A stretch of 40,000 nt of DNA from Pseudomonas aeruginosa (GTDB lineage Bacteria; Pseudomonadota; Gammaproteobacteria; Pseudomonadales; Pseudomonadaceae). The DNA is taken from NCBI RefSeq assembly GCF_001457615.1, contig NZ_LN831024.1, forward strand, positions 1,554,773 to 1,594,772. The letters run 5' to 3'. A program made the translations under genes and the position numbers. Below are positions 8,031 to 16,088 of the stretch, piece by piece. Numbering within the stretch: the stretch's first letter is position 1; every line of letters begins with the position of its first letter. Below the pieces are notes generated by a model. It was given only the letters and a program-made list of their open reading frames with translations, was not told the DNA's origin and ran no database searches.

Positions 8031-9104
8031 ATGACAAAGGCTAACGAGATCGAAACCGCGAAGGTCAAGCAGTTTTCAGCACGGATCATGGAGGACTACG
8101 GCAATACCCTGCGCGGCGCGATGCTCTACATCGGCGACCGCCTGGGGCTGTTCAAGGCGCTCGCCCATGGCCAATGGGTGACCCTGGAAGAGCTGGCGCA
8201 GCAGACCGGCTACACCACCCGCTACCTGCGCGAATGGCTGGGCAGCATGGTCACCGGCAACTACCTGGCCTACGATCCGCAGAGCAGGAGCTATCGGTTG
8301 CCGGCCGAGTTCGTCCCGGTGCTCGCCGACGAGGACTCGCCTTATTTCGCCGGCGGGATCATCCAGTTGAGCGTGCCCTTCGTGAGCATGGCGCCGAAGA
8401 TCATCGAGGCCTTCCGCTGCGGCGGCGGTTGCCCCGAGGAATCCTTCCCGCTGGAAACCTGGGAAGGCATGGAGCGCATGACCATGCCCTGGTACAAGCA
8501 CTTCCTCGTGCAGCACTGGATTCCTTCGCTGGATGGCGTCAAGGAAAAGCTCCAGGCGGGTGGCAGCGTGCTCGATTTCGGCTGCGGCAGCGGGCTGGCC
8601 GCGATCATGATGGCCAAGGCGTTCCCCGAAGCCCAGGTCTATGGCTGTGACTTCCACGCGCCGTCCATCGAACGCGCGCGGGCGAACGCCGAGGCCGCGG
8701 GGGTCGGCGACCGGGTGCGCTTCGAGGTCAGCGATTCCGATGCGCTGGCGGGCAAGAAGTTCGACTTCGTCACGACCTTCGTGGTCATCCACGACGCGAC
8801 CGACCCGCAGCAGATGATGAAGGACCTGCGCGAGTCGACCGCCGACGATGGGACCTACCTGATGGTGGAACTCAACCTGTCGCAGGAACTGCACGAGAAC
8901 ATGAACCTGTTCGGTCGCGTGATGTACCCGCAGAGCACGCTGTATTGCATGACCTGTTCGCTGTCCCACGGCGGCGAGGGCCTCGGCGCCTTCATGGGCG
9001 AGGACCGCGCGCGGCAGATGGCCGAGGCCGCCGGCTTCAGTCGCTTCCGCAAGGTGCCTTCGGAGTGGCCGCCGCTGCCGGCGCTGTTCGAACTGCGACC
9101 CTGA
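8031..9104 (+). CDS. flcA: Class I SAM-dependent methyltransferase with N-terminal winged-helix-like domain (357 aa)
   Basis: Motif I VLDFGCGSG and an acidic motif-II-like GCDFH. RBS GGAGAA lies before the ATG at 8031. The upstream part of the track ORF (7710-8030) overlaps flcB and was rejected. Confidence 0.85.
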   Translation: MTKANEIETAKVKQFSARIMEDYGNTLRGAMLYIGDRLGLFKALAHGQWVTLEELAQQTGYTTRYLREWLGSMVTGNYLAYDPQSRSYRLPAEFVPVLADEDSPYFAGGIIQLSVPFVSMAPKIIEAFRCGGGCPEESFPLETWEGMERMTMPWYKHFLVQHWIPSLDGVKEKLQAGGSVLDFGCGSGLAAIMMAKAFPEAQVYGCDFHAPSIERARANAEAAGVGDRVRFEVSDSDALAGKKFDFVTTFVVIHDATDPQQMMKDLRESTADDGTYLMVELNLSQELHENMNLFGRVMYPQSTLYCMTCSLSHGGEGLGAFMGEDRARQMAEAAGFSRFRKVPSEWPPLPALFELRP

Positions 9105-9144
9105 GGTTGCACGCCCGGAGTCGCCTGGCGCGGCTCCGGGGCGA

Positions 9145-9171
9145 GGGTGGCGTCCGCGGCGGACGCCACCC
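9145..9171 (+). terminator. Perfect 11-bp GC hairpin downstream of the operon (terminator-like, no U-tract)
   Basis: GGGTGGCGTCC (9145-9155) and GGACGCCACCC (9161-9171) flank a 5-nt loop. No T run follows, so intrinsic termination is uncertain. Confidence 0.4.
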
Positions 9172-9543
9172 GCAGCCCGGTGTGTCCGGGACCGCCGCAG
9201 TCGTTTCGTCCCTGTCTGCCTCGGCCTGAAGTCTTCGCTGCGAAGACCCTCGTCCTTATATAAGCAGGGGAGTTGCTGCGAGCAGAGGTCGAGAGCCTGC
9301 GGCACTCGTTCAAGCGAGCGATGTGGCTGTCAGGAAACCTTCCCCTGTTACCGAATGGAGCAATGTTGCTCCTTGTGTGTGCAACAACGCCCCACTTCCC
9401 GGAAGCCTGGCGAACCGCGTGAAAACCGCTCGGAGCGCCTTTCGTCGCAGGATTCCTCGGTAATTCTCCGCGCTTTAATTCAACTCTCTGATTTTAAAAG
9501 TTTAATACTCGGAACAAGGCTGTTTCGCCGGTGAACTTTCATC

Positions 9544-9559
9544 TGGCATGGCTTCTGCA
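9544..9559 (+). promoter_or_regulatory. Sigma-54 (RpoN)-type -24/-12 promoter candidate upstream of the ABC/catabolic cluster
   Basis: TGGCATG-GCTT-CTGCA compared with consensus TGGCACG-N4-TTGCW. GG and GC are correctly spaced. It sits 58 nt upstream of the ATG at 9617 in an AT-rich intergenic region. Confidence 0.5.
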
Positions 9560-9616
9560 AGTTTTATATTTAAAACGATGTTTCATATATAAAACAAGAC
9601 AAGAGGCTTAGTCCAG

Positions 9617-10468
9617 ATGAGAGCGACGTCGTTGAGCATCCTCACTTCCGAGCATTCGCTACCTGTAGCCGCTCCTGCGGATAGCCGTCTCGAAATCGAA
9701 TTCCGCGGCGTCGCCAAGCATTTTCCGGGCCGCGGCAAAAGCGCGGCGACCCTCGCGGTGCAGGGGCTCGACCTGGCCATCCGCCGCGGCGAGGTGGTGT
9801 CCATCATCGGGCCGTCCGGTTGCGGCAAGAGCACCCTGCTGAACATGGGGGCGGGTCTCTACGCACCCAGCGAAGGCGAGGTGCGGGTCGGCGGCGAGCG
9901 GGTCAGCGGTCCGGTACGCAAGGTCTCCTTCATGTTGCAGAAGGACCTGCTGATGCCCTGGCGCAGCATTCGCCGCAACATCGAGCTGGGCCTGGAGATC
10001 GACGGTCGCGCGGCCGGCGAACGGCGCGCCATCGCCGAGGAAATGCTGGAGAAGTGTCACCTCGCCGGTTTCGCCGAGCACTATCCGTTCCAGCTTTCCG
10101 GCGGCATGCGCCAACGCGCCGCCCTGGCCCGAACCCTGGCCACCGACCCGCAGGTGCTGTTCCTCGACGAGCCGTTCTCGGCCCTCGACGCGCAGACCAA
10201 GATGATCCTCCAGCAGGACCTGGCGCGGATGCTCTGCGAGCAACGCAAGACCGCGCTGTTCATTACCCACGACCTGGTCGAGGCGATCGCCATGTCCGAT
10301 CGCATCCTGGTGATGAGCGCGCGGCCGGGCACCATCGTCGAGGAGATCGAGGTCGGCCTGCCGCTGCGCGACAACCCGCTGGAGCGCCGCAAGCTGCCGG
10401 AGATCGGGCCGCTGGTCGGGCGCCTGATGACCCTGCTGAAAGTGGGCGAGAGCGCCGAGCTGCACTGA
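9617..10468 (+). CDS. ABC transporter ATP-binding protein (NitT/TauT-type)
   Basis: Walker A GPSGCGKST, signature LSGGMRQR and Walker B LFLDEPFSALD. Confidence 0.9.
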   Translation: MRATSLSILTSEHSLPVAAPADSRLEIEFRGVAKHFPGRGKSAATLAVQGLDLAIRRGEVVSIIGPSGCGKSTLLNMGAGLYAPSEGEVRVGGERVSGPVRKVSFMLQKDLLMPWRSIRRNIELGLEIDGRAAGERRAIAEEMLEKCHLAGFAEHYPFQLSGGMRQRAALARTLATDPQVLFLDEPFSALDAQTKMILQQDLARMLCEQRKTALFITHDLVEAIAMSDRILVMSARPGTIVEEIEVGLPLRDNPLERRKLPEIGPLVGRLMTLLKVGESAELH

Positions 10469-10508
10469 TCGCCGCCTGCCGATCCGAATTCCGTTACAGG
10501 AGCCGCTG

Positions 10509-11516
10509 ATGTCCAAGTCATTGCTCAACGCCGCATTGTGCGGCGCGTTGTTCGCCGCCGGCCTGACCGTCCAGGCCGCCCCGCGGGAAGTCACCTACCT
10601 GCTGCCGGCACCGCCGAACTCGCCGGCCTTCGCACCCTGGGTGATCGCCCGGGAGAAGGGCTACTACGCCGACCTGGGCCTGAAGGTGACCTTCGTCGCC
10701 GGCAAGGGCGGGGTCGACGTGGCCAAGCAGATCGGCGCCGGCAACGCACCGGTCGGCGGCGCCATCGGCGATACGCCGATCGTGGTGCGCGCCAACGGCA
10801 TCCCGGTGAAAGCCGTGGCGGTGCTCGGTGCCGGCGGGGTGACCATGATCGCCACCGATGGCACGGCCGGTATCGACAGCGTCAAGGACCTCAAGGGCAA
10901 GACCCTGACCGTGATGTCCTACTCCGACACCACCTACTACGCCCTGCTGGCGTCGATGCGCAAGGCTGGCCTGGGCAAGTCCGACGTGGACATCCAGGCG
11001 GCCGGCCCATCCGGCGTCTGGCAACTGTTCTCCGCCGGCCGCTCGCAGGCCATGGCCGGCGTGCCGGACTGGGTGGTGAGTGCCGAGGATGCCGGCCGGC
11101 AGGTGAAGTTGCTGCCGGGCAGCGAGGTGTTCGAGAGCATGGCCCAGGCGATCCTCGCCTCGGACGAGGCCATCGAGAAGCAGCCTGAGGTGGTCGGCGG
11201 GGTGGTCAGGGCGACCCTCATGGGCATGCGCGACATCATCGCCGACCCAAGGCAGGCCGCCGCCACCTTCGCTGCCGCGGTGCCCGCCTACAAGGGCCGC
11301 GAGGCCAGCCTGGAACGGGTCCTGCGGCTCTATGTCGAGCACGTCTACGCCAACCAGCAGCCGCTCGGGCACATCGATCCGCAGCGCCTGGACAAGGTTC
11401 GCAGGTTCTACGTCAGCGAAGGCATCGTCGGCCGCGAGACGCCGCTGGACGAGCTTTACACCAACCGTTTCGTCGAGTCCGCCGACCTGACCGCGCAGCA
11501 CGGAGCCCGCCCATGA
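10509..11516 (+). CDS. Periplasmic substrate-binding protein, NMT1/THI5-like (NitT/TauT family)
   Basis: Signal peptide MSKSLLNAALCGALFAAGLTVQA-AP. Size and context fit, lying between the ATPase and the permease. Confidence 0.8.
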   Translation: MSKSLLNAALCGALFAAGLTVQAAPREVTYLLPAPPNSPAFAPWVIAREKGYYADLGLKVTFVAGKGGVDVAKQIGAGNAPVGGAIGDTPIVVRANGIPVKAVAVLGAGGVTMIATDGTAGIDSVKDLKGKTLTVMSYSDTTYYALLASMRKAGLGKSDVDIQAAGPSGVWQLFSAGRSQAMAGVPDWVVSAEDAGRQVKLLPGSEVFESMAQAILASDEAIEKQPEVVGGVVRATLMGMRDIIADPRQAAATFAAAVPAYKGREASLERVLRLYVEHVYANQQPLGHIDPQRLDKVRRFYVSEGIVGRETPLDELYTNRFVESADLTAQHGARP

Positions 11517-12289
11517 ACCTCTCCACCAGACCCTTGCTCGGCAGTCTCGCGCTGTTGTTCCTGTTCCTCGCTGCCTGGCAGTGGGGGCCCGGCCTGCTCG
11601 GCATGCCCGAGTTCGTCCTGCCGGGGCTGAGCCGGGTGGCGGCGGAGGGCGTGGCCATGTGGCACGGCGCCGGACTGCTGGAGCACACGGCGATCACCAG
11701 CCTGGAGATCGTCGTCGGTTTCGCCCTGGGCGCGCTGCTTGGCGTGAGCATCGGCGTTGCCCTCGGCCTGTCGCCGACCACCGAGGCCATGCTCTCGCCC
11801 TACATCCTGGCGCTGCAGATCGCGCCGAAGGTGGCCTTCGCCCCGCTGTTCGTGATGTGGCTGGGCTATACGGTGTACCCGAAGATCCTCATCGCCGTGC
11901 TGATCGTGTTCTTCCCGGTGATGATCAACGTGCTCTCGGCCATCCGCACCGTCGACCCGGACATGATCAACCTGGTGCGCGCGATGAGCGCCAGCCGTTG
12001 GCAGATCTTCCGCCTGGTGGAGTTCCCCTCGGCGATGGCCGCGCTGTTCTCCGGCCTGCGCATCGCCTCCACCCTGGCGGTGATCGGCGTCACCGTCGGC
12101 GAGCTGGTGGGCGGCAACAAGGGCCTCGGCTTCCTGCTGGTGGATGCCGAAGGGCAGGGCAACACCGCCGGGGTGTTCGTCGCCATCGTCATGCTCACCC
12201 TGATCGGCGTGCTCGCCTATGGCGCGGTGGTCTGGGCCGAGAAGCGCGTCCTGCATTACCTGCCGAAAGCCAACCTGGGCACGGTGTGA
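11513..12289 (+). CDS. ABC transporter permease (BPD-type inner-membrane component)
   Basis: Multiple hydrophobic helices and an EAA-like loop (MSASRWQIFRLVEFPSAMAALFSG). ATGA overlap with the upstream gene. Confidence 0.85.
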   Translation: MNLSTRPLLGSLALLFLFLAAWQWGPGLLGMPEFVLPGLSRVAAEGVAMWHGAGLLEHTAITSLEIVVGFALGALLGVSIGVALGLSPTTEAMLSPYILALQIAPKVAFAPLFVMWLGYTVYPKILIAVLIVFFPVMINVLSAIRTVDPDMINLVRAMSASRWQIFRLVEFPSAMAALFSGLRIASTLAVIGVTVGELVGGNKGLGFLLVDAEGQGNTAGVFVAIVMLTLIGVLAYGAVVWAEKRVLHYLPKANLGTV

Positions 12290-12294
12290 ACGCC

Positions 12295-13056
12295 ATGAGC
12301 CAGAACTCTCTTCTCGACGGTCGCCGCGTGCTCCTCACCGGCGGCGCCCGCGGCCTCGGCTACGCCTTCGCCGAAGCGGCGGCACGCGCCGGCGCCCGGG
12401 TGGTGATCGCCGACATCCTGGAGGAACGCGTGCAGCGCTCCGCCCGTGAACTCGCCGAGCAGGGCCTGGATATCAGCGGCCTGCCACTGGACCTGGCCGA
12501 CCCGGTTTCGATCGAGCGCTGCGTGGCCGCGGCGGTCGAGCGCCTGGGCGGTCTCGACGGCCTGGTGAACAACGCCTCCATCACCAACTCCGGCGGCAAG
12601 AGCTGCGAAGAACTGGAGATCGAGGTGTTCGACCGGGTGCTCCAGGTCAACGTGCGCGGCACCTGGCTGATGACCCGTGCCTGCCTGCCGGCGCTGCGCG
12701 AGTCCGGACGTGGCGCGGTGGTCAACCTGGCCTCCGACACCCCGCTGTGGGGCGCGCCCAACCTGCTCGCCTACAGCGCCAGCAAGGGCGCGCTGATCGC
12801 CATGACCCGCAGCCTGGCCCGCGAGCTGGGCGGCGACGGCATCACCGTCAACGCCATCGCTCCCGGACTGGTGGAGGTCGAGGCCACCGAGTACGTGCCG
12901 GCCGCCCGCCACCGGCTCTACCGCGAGCAGCGCGCGCTCCAGCGCGGCCAACAGCCGGCGGATGTCTGCGGCGCGGTGCTGTTCGCCCTTTCCGACCTTT
13001 CCCGCTTCATCACTGGACAAACCTTGCCGGTCAACGGCGGGTTCGTCATGCCCTGA
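12295..13056 (+). CDS. Short-chain dehydrogenase/reductase (SDR), 253 aa
   Basis: TGGARGLG cofactor motif, NNAS, and YSASK (YxxxK) catalytic motif. Start chosen at MSQNSLLDGRR. Confidence 0.9.
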   Translation: MSQNSLLDGRRVLLTGGARGLGYAFAEAAARAGARVVIADILEERVQRSARELAEQGLDISGLPLDLADPVSIERCVAAAVERLGGLDGLVNNASITNSGGKSCEELEIEVFDRVLQVNVRGTWLMTRACLPALRESGRGAVVNLASDTPLWGAPNLLAYSASKGALIAMTRSLARELGGDGITVNAIAPGLVEVEATEYVPAARHRLYREQRALQRGQQPADVCGAVLFALSDLSRFITGQTLPVNGGFVMP

Positions 13057-13069
13057 TCCGGAGGACTCC

Positions 13070-13600
13070 ATGACCGATCTGAACCAGAACGCCCCGAAAT
13101 CCTGGGACCGCCCCGAAGGCGCCAGCTTCGAGGAGTGGTGCAACACCCGCATCGCCCGTTACTCCACCCGCAAGTACGACTGGAACGCGCTGAAGTTCCA
13201 GGCCGACTACGACCCCAGGTTCCGCCGCGCGCAGATGCGCTACATCGGCACCGGCGGCACCGGTGTGGCCAGTGACATGAACACCATTCCGTCCGAGCAC
13301 TTCACCTTTTCCACCATGGTCATCCCGGCGGGTCACGAAGGCCCGCCGCACCTGCACATCGACGTCGAGGAAGTGTTCTTCGTCCTGCGCGGCAAGCTCA
13401 AGGTGGTGCTGGAGAAGGACGGCGAGCGCTTCGAGACCATCCTCACCGACCGCGACGTGATTTCCGTGCCGCCGGGCGTGTACCGCGAGGAGATCAACAT
13501 CGGCGACGAGGATGCGCTGATGTGCGTGATGCTCGGTGCGAAGAAGCCGATCACCCCGACCTACCCGCCGGAGCACCCTCTGGCGAGCATCAAGCGCTGA
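13070..13600 (+). CDS. Cupin-domain protein (176 aa)
   Basis: Cupin motif GHEGPPHLHIDVEEVFFVLRG plus a second-motif region PPGVYRE. GGAGGA RBS at 13059-13064. Confidence 0.75.
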   Translation: MTDLNQNAPKSWDRPEGASFEEWCNTRIARYSTRKYDWNALKFQADYDPRFRRAQMRYIGTGGTGVASDMNTIPSEHFTFSTMVIPAGHEGPPHLHIDVEEVFFVLRGKLKVVLEKDGERFETILTDRDVISVPPGVYREEINIGDEDALMCVMLGAKKPITPTYPPEHPLASIKR

Positions 13601-13608
13601 GGCCGCCG

Positions 13609-14478
13609 ATGAACATGGCGCAGACCCACACCCCCGTCCCGAACCTGCAACAGCGCTTTCCCGAGCGGCTGGTGCAACTGGCCGACGGCGCCCAGCTGGC
13701 CATCCGCGAATGCGGCCAGGGCCCGGTGGTGGTGCTGTTGCACGGCATCGGTTCGGGCTCGGCGTCCTGGCTGCATTGCGCCCAGCGCCTGGCCGCCGGC
13801 AATCGGGTGATCGCCTGGGACGCGCCGGGTTACGGCCTGTCCACGCCGCTGCCGCCGGCCCGGCCCAAGGCCTGCGACTACGCCGCGTGCCTGGAGCTGC
13901 TGCTGGATGCGCTGGGCGTGGAGAGCTGCCTGCTGGTGGGCCACTCCCTCGGCGCGCTGATGGCCACGGCCTACGCCGCCGGCATCGGCGCGGCGCGGGT
14001 GCGCCGCCTGGTGCTGCTCAGCCCGGCGCGCGGCTACGGCGCCGCCGAGCTGCGCGACAGCGGCGCCCAGGTGCGCCGCCAGCGCCTGGAGAACCTGGAG
14101 CGCTTCGGTATCGACGGCATGGCCAGCGAGCGCACCGCGCGCCTGCTCGGCCGCAACCCCAGCGAGGAGGCCCTGGCCTGGGTGCGCTGGAACATGGCGC
14201 GGCTCAACCCCGAGGGCTACCGCCAGGCCGTCGAGCTGCTCTGCGGCGACGACCTGCTGGGCAACGGGCAGCCTGCCGCTCCTTGCGAGGTGCATTGCGG
14301 CGAGGACGACGGCATCACCACGCCCGAGAGTTGCGGCGCCATCGCCCGCCAGCTCGGCGCGTCGTTCTCGTCGATTCCCGGGGCCGGCCACGCCAGCCCG
14401 ATCGAACAACCCGAAGTGGTCGCAGGACGCATCGGCCACGCGCAACGCCTCTCTCTTGAAGGAACCGCCAATGGATAA
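13609..14478 (+). CDS. Alpha/beta-fold hydrolase (289 aa)
   Basis: HGIGSG oxyanion region, nucleophile elbow GHSLGA, C-terminal GAGH. Confidence 0.85.
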   Translation: MNMAQTHTPVPNLQQRFPERLVQLADGAQLAIRECGQGPVVVLLHGIGSGSASWLHCAQRLAAGNRVIAWDAPGYGLSTPLPPARPKACDYAACLELLLDALGVESCLLVGHSLGALMATAYAAGIGAARVRRLVLLSPARGYGAAELRDSGAQVRRQRLENLERFGIDGMASERTARLLGRNPSEEALAWVRWNMARLNPEGYRQAVELLCGDDLLGNGQPAAPCEVHCGEDDGITTPESCGAIARQLGASFSSIPGAGHASPIEQPEVVAGRIGHAQRLSLEGTANG

Positions 14479-15304
14479 GTCAGACGATTCGCAAGACAAG
14501 TACATCGTGCCTGGCCTCGAACGCGGCCTGCTGCTGCTCTGCGAGTTCAGCCGGAAGGACCGTACCCTGACGGCGCCGGAGTTGGCGCGGCGCCTGAAGC
14601 TGCCGCGCTCGACCATCTTCCGCCTGCTGACCACCCTGGAGGCCATGGGCTTCGTCACCCGCAACGGCAACGAGTACCGCCTGGGCATGGCGGTGTTGCG
14701 CCTGGGCTTCGAGTACCTGGCCTCGCTGGAGCTGACCGAACTCGGCCAGCCGCTGCTGAACCGCCTGTGCGACGAGATCCGCTACCCCTGCAACCTGGTG
14801 GTGCGCGACGGCCGTTCGATCGTCTACGTGGCCAAGGTTTCGCCGTCCACCCCGCTGAGCAGCTCGGTGAACGTCGGGACCCGGTTGCCGGCCCACGCCA
14901 CGGTGCTCGGCCGCATCCTGCTGCAGGACCTGAGCCTGGGCGAGCTGCGCGAGCTGTACCCGGAGGAGCAGCTGGAGCAGTTCTCGCCGAACACCCCGCG
15001 CAGCGTGCTGGAACTCTTCGACATGGTCCAGGGCGACCGCCAGCGTGGCTTCGTCCAGGGCGAGGGGTTCTTCGAGGCGAGCATCTCCACCGTCGCGGCG
15101 CCGGTACGTGATCACAGCGGTCGCGTCATCGCGGCGATGGGGGCGACCATCGCCGCCGGGCATATCGACCCGGAACGCATCGAGGGACTGGTCAGCCGGG
15201 TGCGCAGCAGCGCCGACGAGCTGTCGTACCTGCTCGACTACCGCGCCGACGGCCAGGACAACGTTACCCCGATCTTCCGGAGTCGCCCGCATGAAACCGT
15301 ATGA
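14471..15304 (+). CDS. IclR-family transcriptional regulator (277 aa)
   Basis: N-terminal wHTH (LTAPELARRLKLPRSTIFRLLTTLEAMGFV) followed by an IclR effector domain. ATG at 14471 is preceded by AAGGAA and overlaps the hydrolase gene by 8 nt. Confidence 0.9.
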   Translation: MDKSDDSQDKYIVPGLERGLLLLCEFSRKDRTLTAPELARRLKLPRSTIFRLLTTLEAMGFVTRNGNEYRLGMAVLRLGFEYLASLELTELGQPLLNRLCDEIRYPCNLVVRDGRSIVYVAKVSPSTPLSSSVNVGTRLPAHATVLGRILLQDLSLGELRELYPEEQLEQFSPNTPRSVLELFDMVQGDRQRGFVQGEGFFEASISTVAAPVRDHSGRVIAAMGATIAAGHIDPERIEGLVSRVRSSADELSYLLDYRADGQDNVTPIFRSRPHETV

Positions 15305-16088
15305 CCTGTCCGAGGCGGTGGCGGTGGTCACCGGCGGTTCCTCCGGGATCGGCCTGGCCACGGTGGAACTGCTGCTGGAGGCAGGCGCCGCCGTGGCTTT
15401 CTGCGCTCGCGACGGCGAGCGCCTGCGTGCCGCCGAGTCCGCGCTACGCCAGCGCTTCCCCGGGGCGCGCCTGTTCGCCAGTGTCTGCGACGTGCTGGAT
15501 GCGTTGCAGGTGCGCGCCTTCGCCGAAGCCTGCGAGAGAACGCTGGGGTGCGCCAGCATCCTGGTGAACAACGCCGGCCAGGGCCGCGTCTCGACCTTCG
15601 CCGAGACCACGGACGAGGCCTGGAGCGAGGAACTGCAACTGAAGTTCTTTTCCGTCATCCACCCGGTACGCGCTTTCCTGCCGCAACTGGAAAGCCGCGC
15701 CGACGCGGCCATCGTCTGCGTCAACTCGCTGCTGGCCAGCCAGCCGGAGCCGCACATGGTGGCTACCAGCGCGGCCCGCGCCGGGGTGAAGAACCTGGTG
15801 CGCTCCATGGCCTTCGAGTTCGCGCCTAAGGGCGTACGGGTCAACGGCATCCTCATCGGCCTGGTCGAGTCCGGCCAGTGGCGGCGCCGTTTCGAAGCCC
15901 GCGAAGAGCGCGAGCTGGACTGGGCGCAATGGACCGCGCAGCTGGCGCGGAACAAGCAGATTCCCCTGGGACGCCTGGGCAAGCCGATCGAGGCGGCCCG
16001 CGCCATCCTGTTCCTCGCATCTCCCCTGTCTGCCTATACGACGGGCAGTCATATCGACGTTTCCGGAGGGTTGTCCCGTCATGCGTAA
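15291..16088 (+). CDS. Short-chain dehydrogenase/reductase (SDR), 265 aa
   Basis: TGGSSGIG, NNAG, and an atypical active-site region. Overlaps the IclR gene by 14 nt and the next gene by 8 nt. Confidence 0.85.
   Translation: MKPYDLSEAVAVVTGGSSGIGLATVELLLEAGAAVAFCARDGERLRAAESALRQRFPGARLFASVCDVLDALQVRAFAEACERTLGCASILVNNAGQGRVSTFAETTDEAWSEELQLKFFSVIHPVRAFLPQLESRADAAIVCVNSLLASQPEPHMVATSAARAGVKNLVRSMAFEFAPKGVRVNGILIGLVESGQWRRRFEAREERELDWAQWTAQLARNKQIPLGRLGKPIEAARAILFLASPLSAYTTGSHIDVSGGLSRHA

Noticed and set aside
6500-9305. Long minus-strand ORFs (492 aa at 6500-7978 and 409 aa at 8076-9305) antisense to flcB/flcA
   Set aside because: These are typical high-GC antisense shadow ORFs, rich in R/G/A/P/H and without family motifs. 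The sense strand carries clear enzyme signatures.
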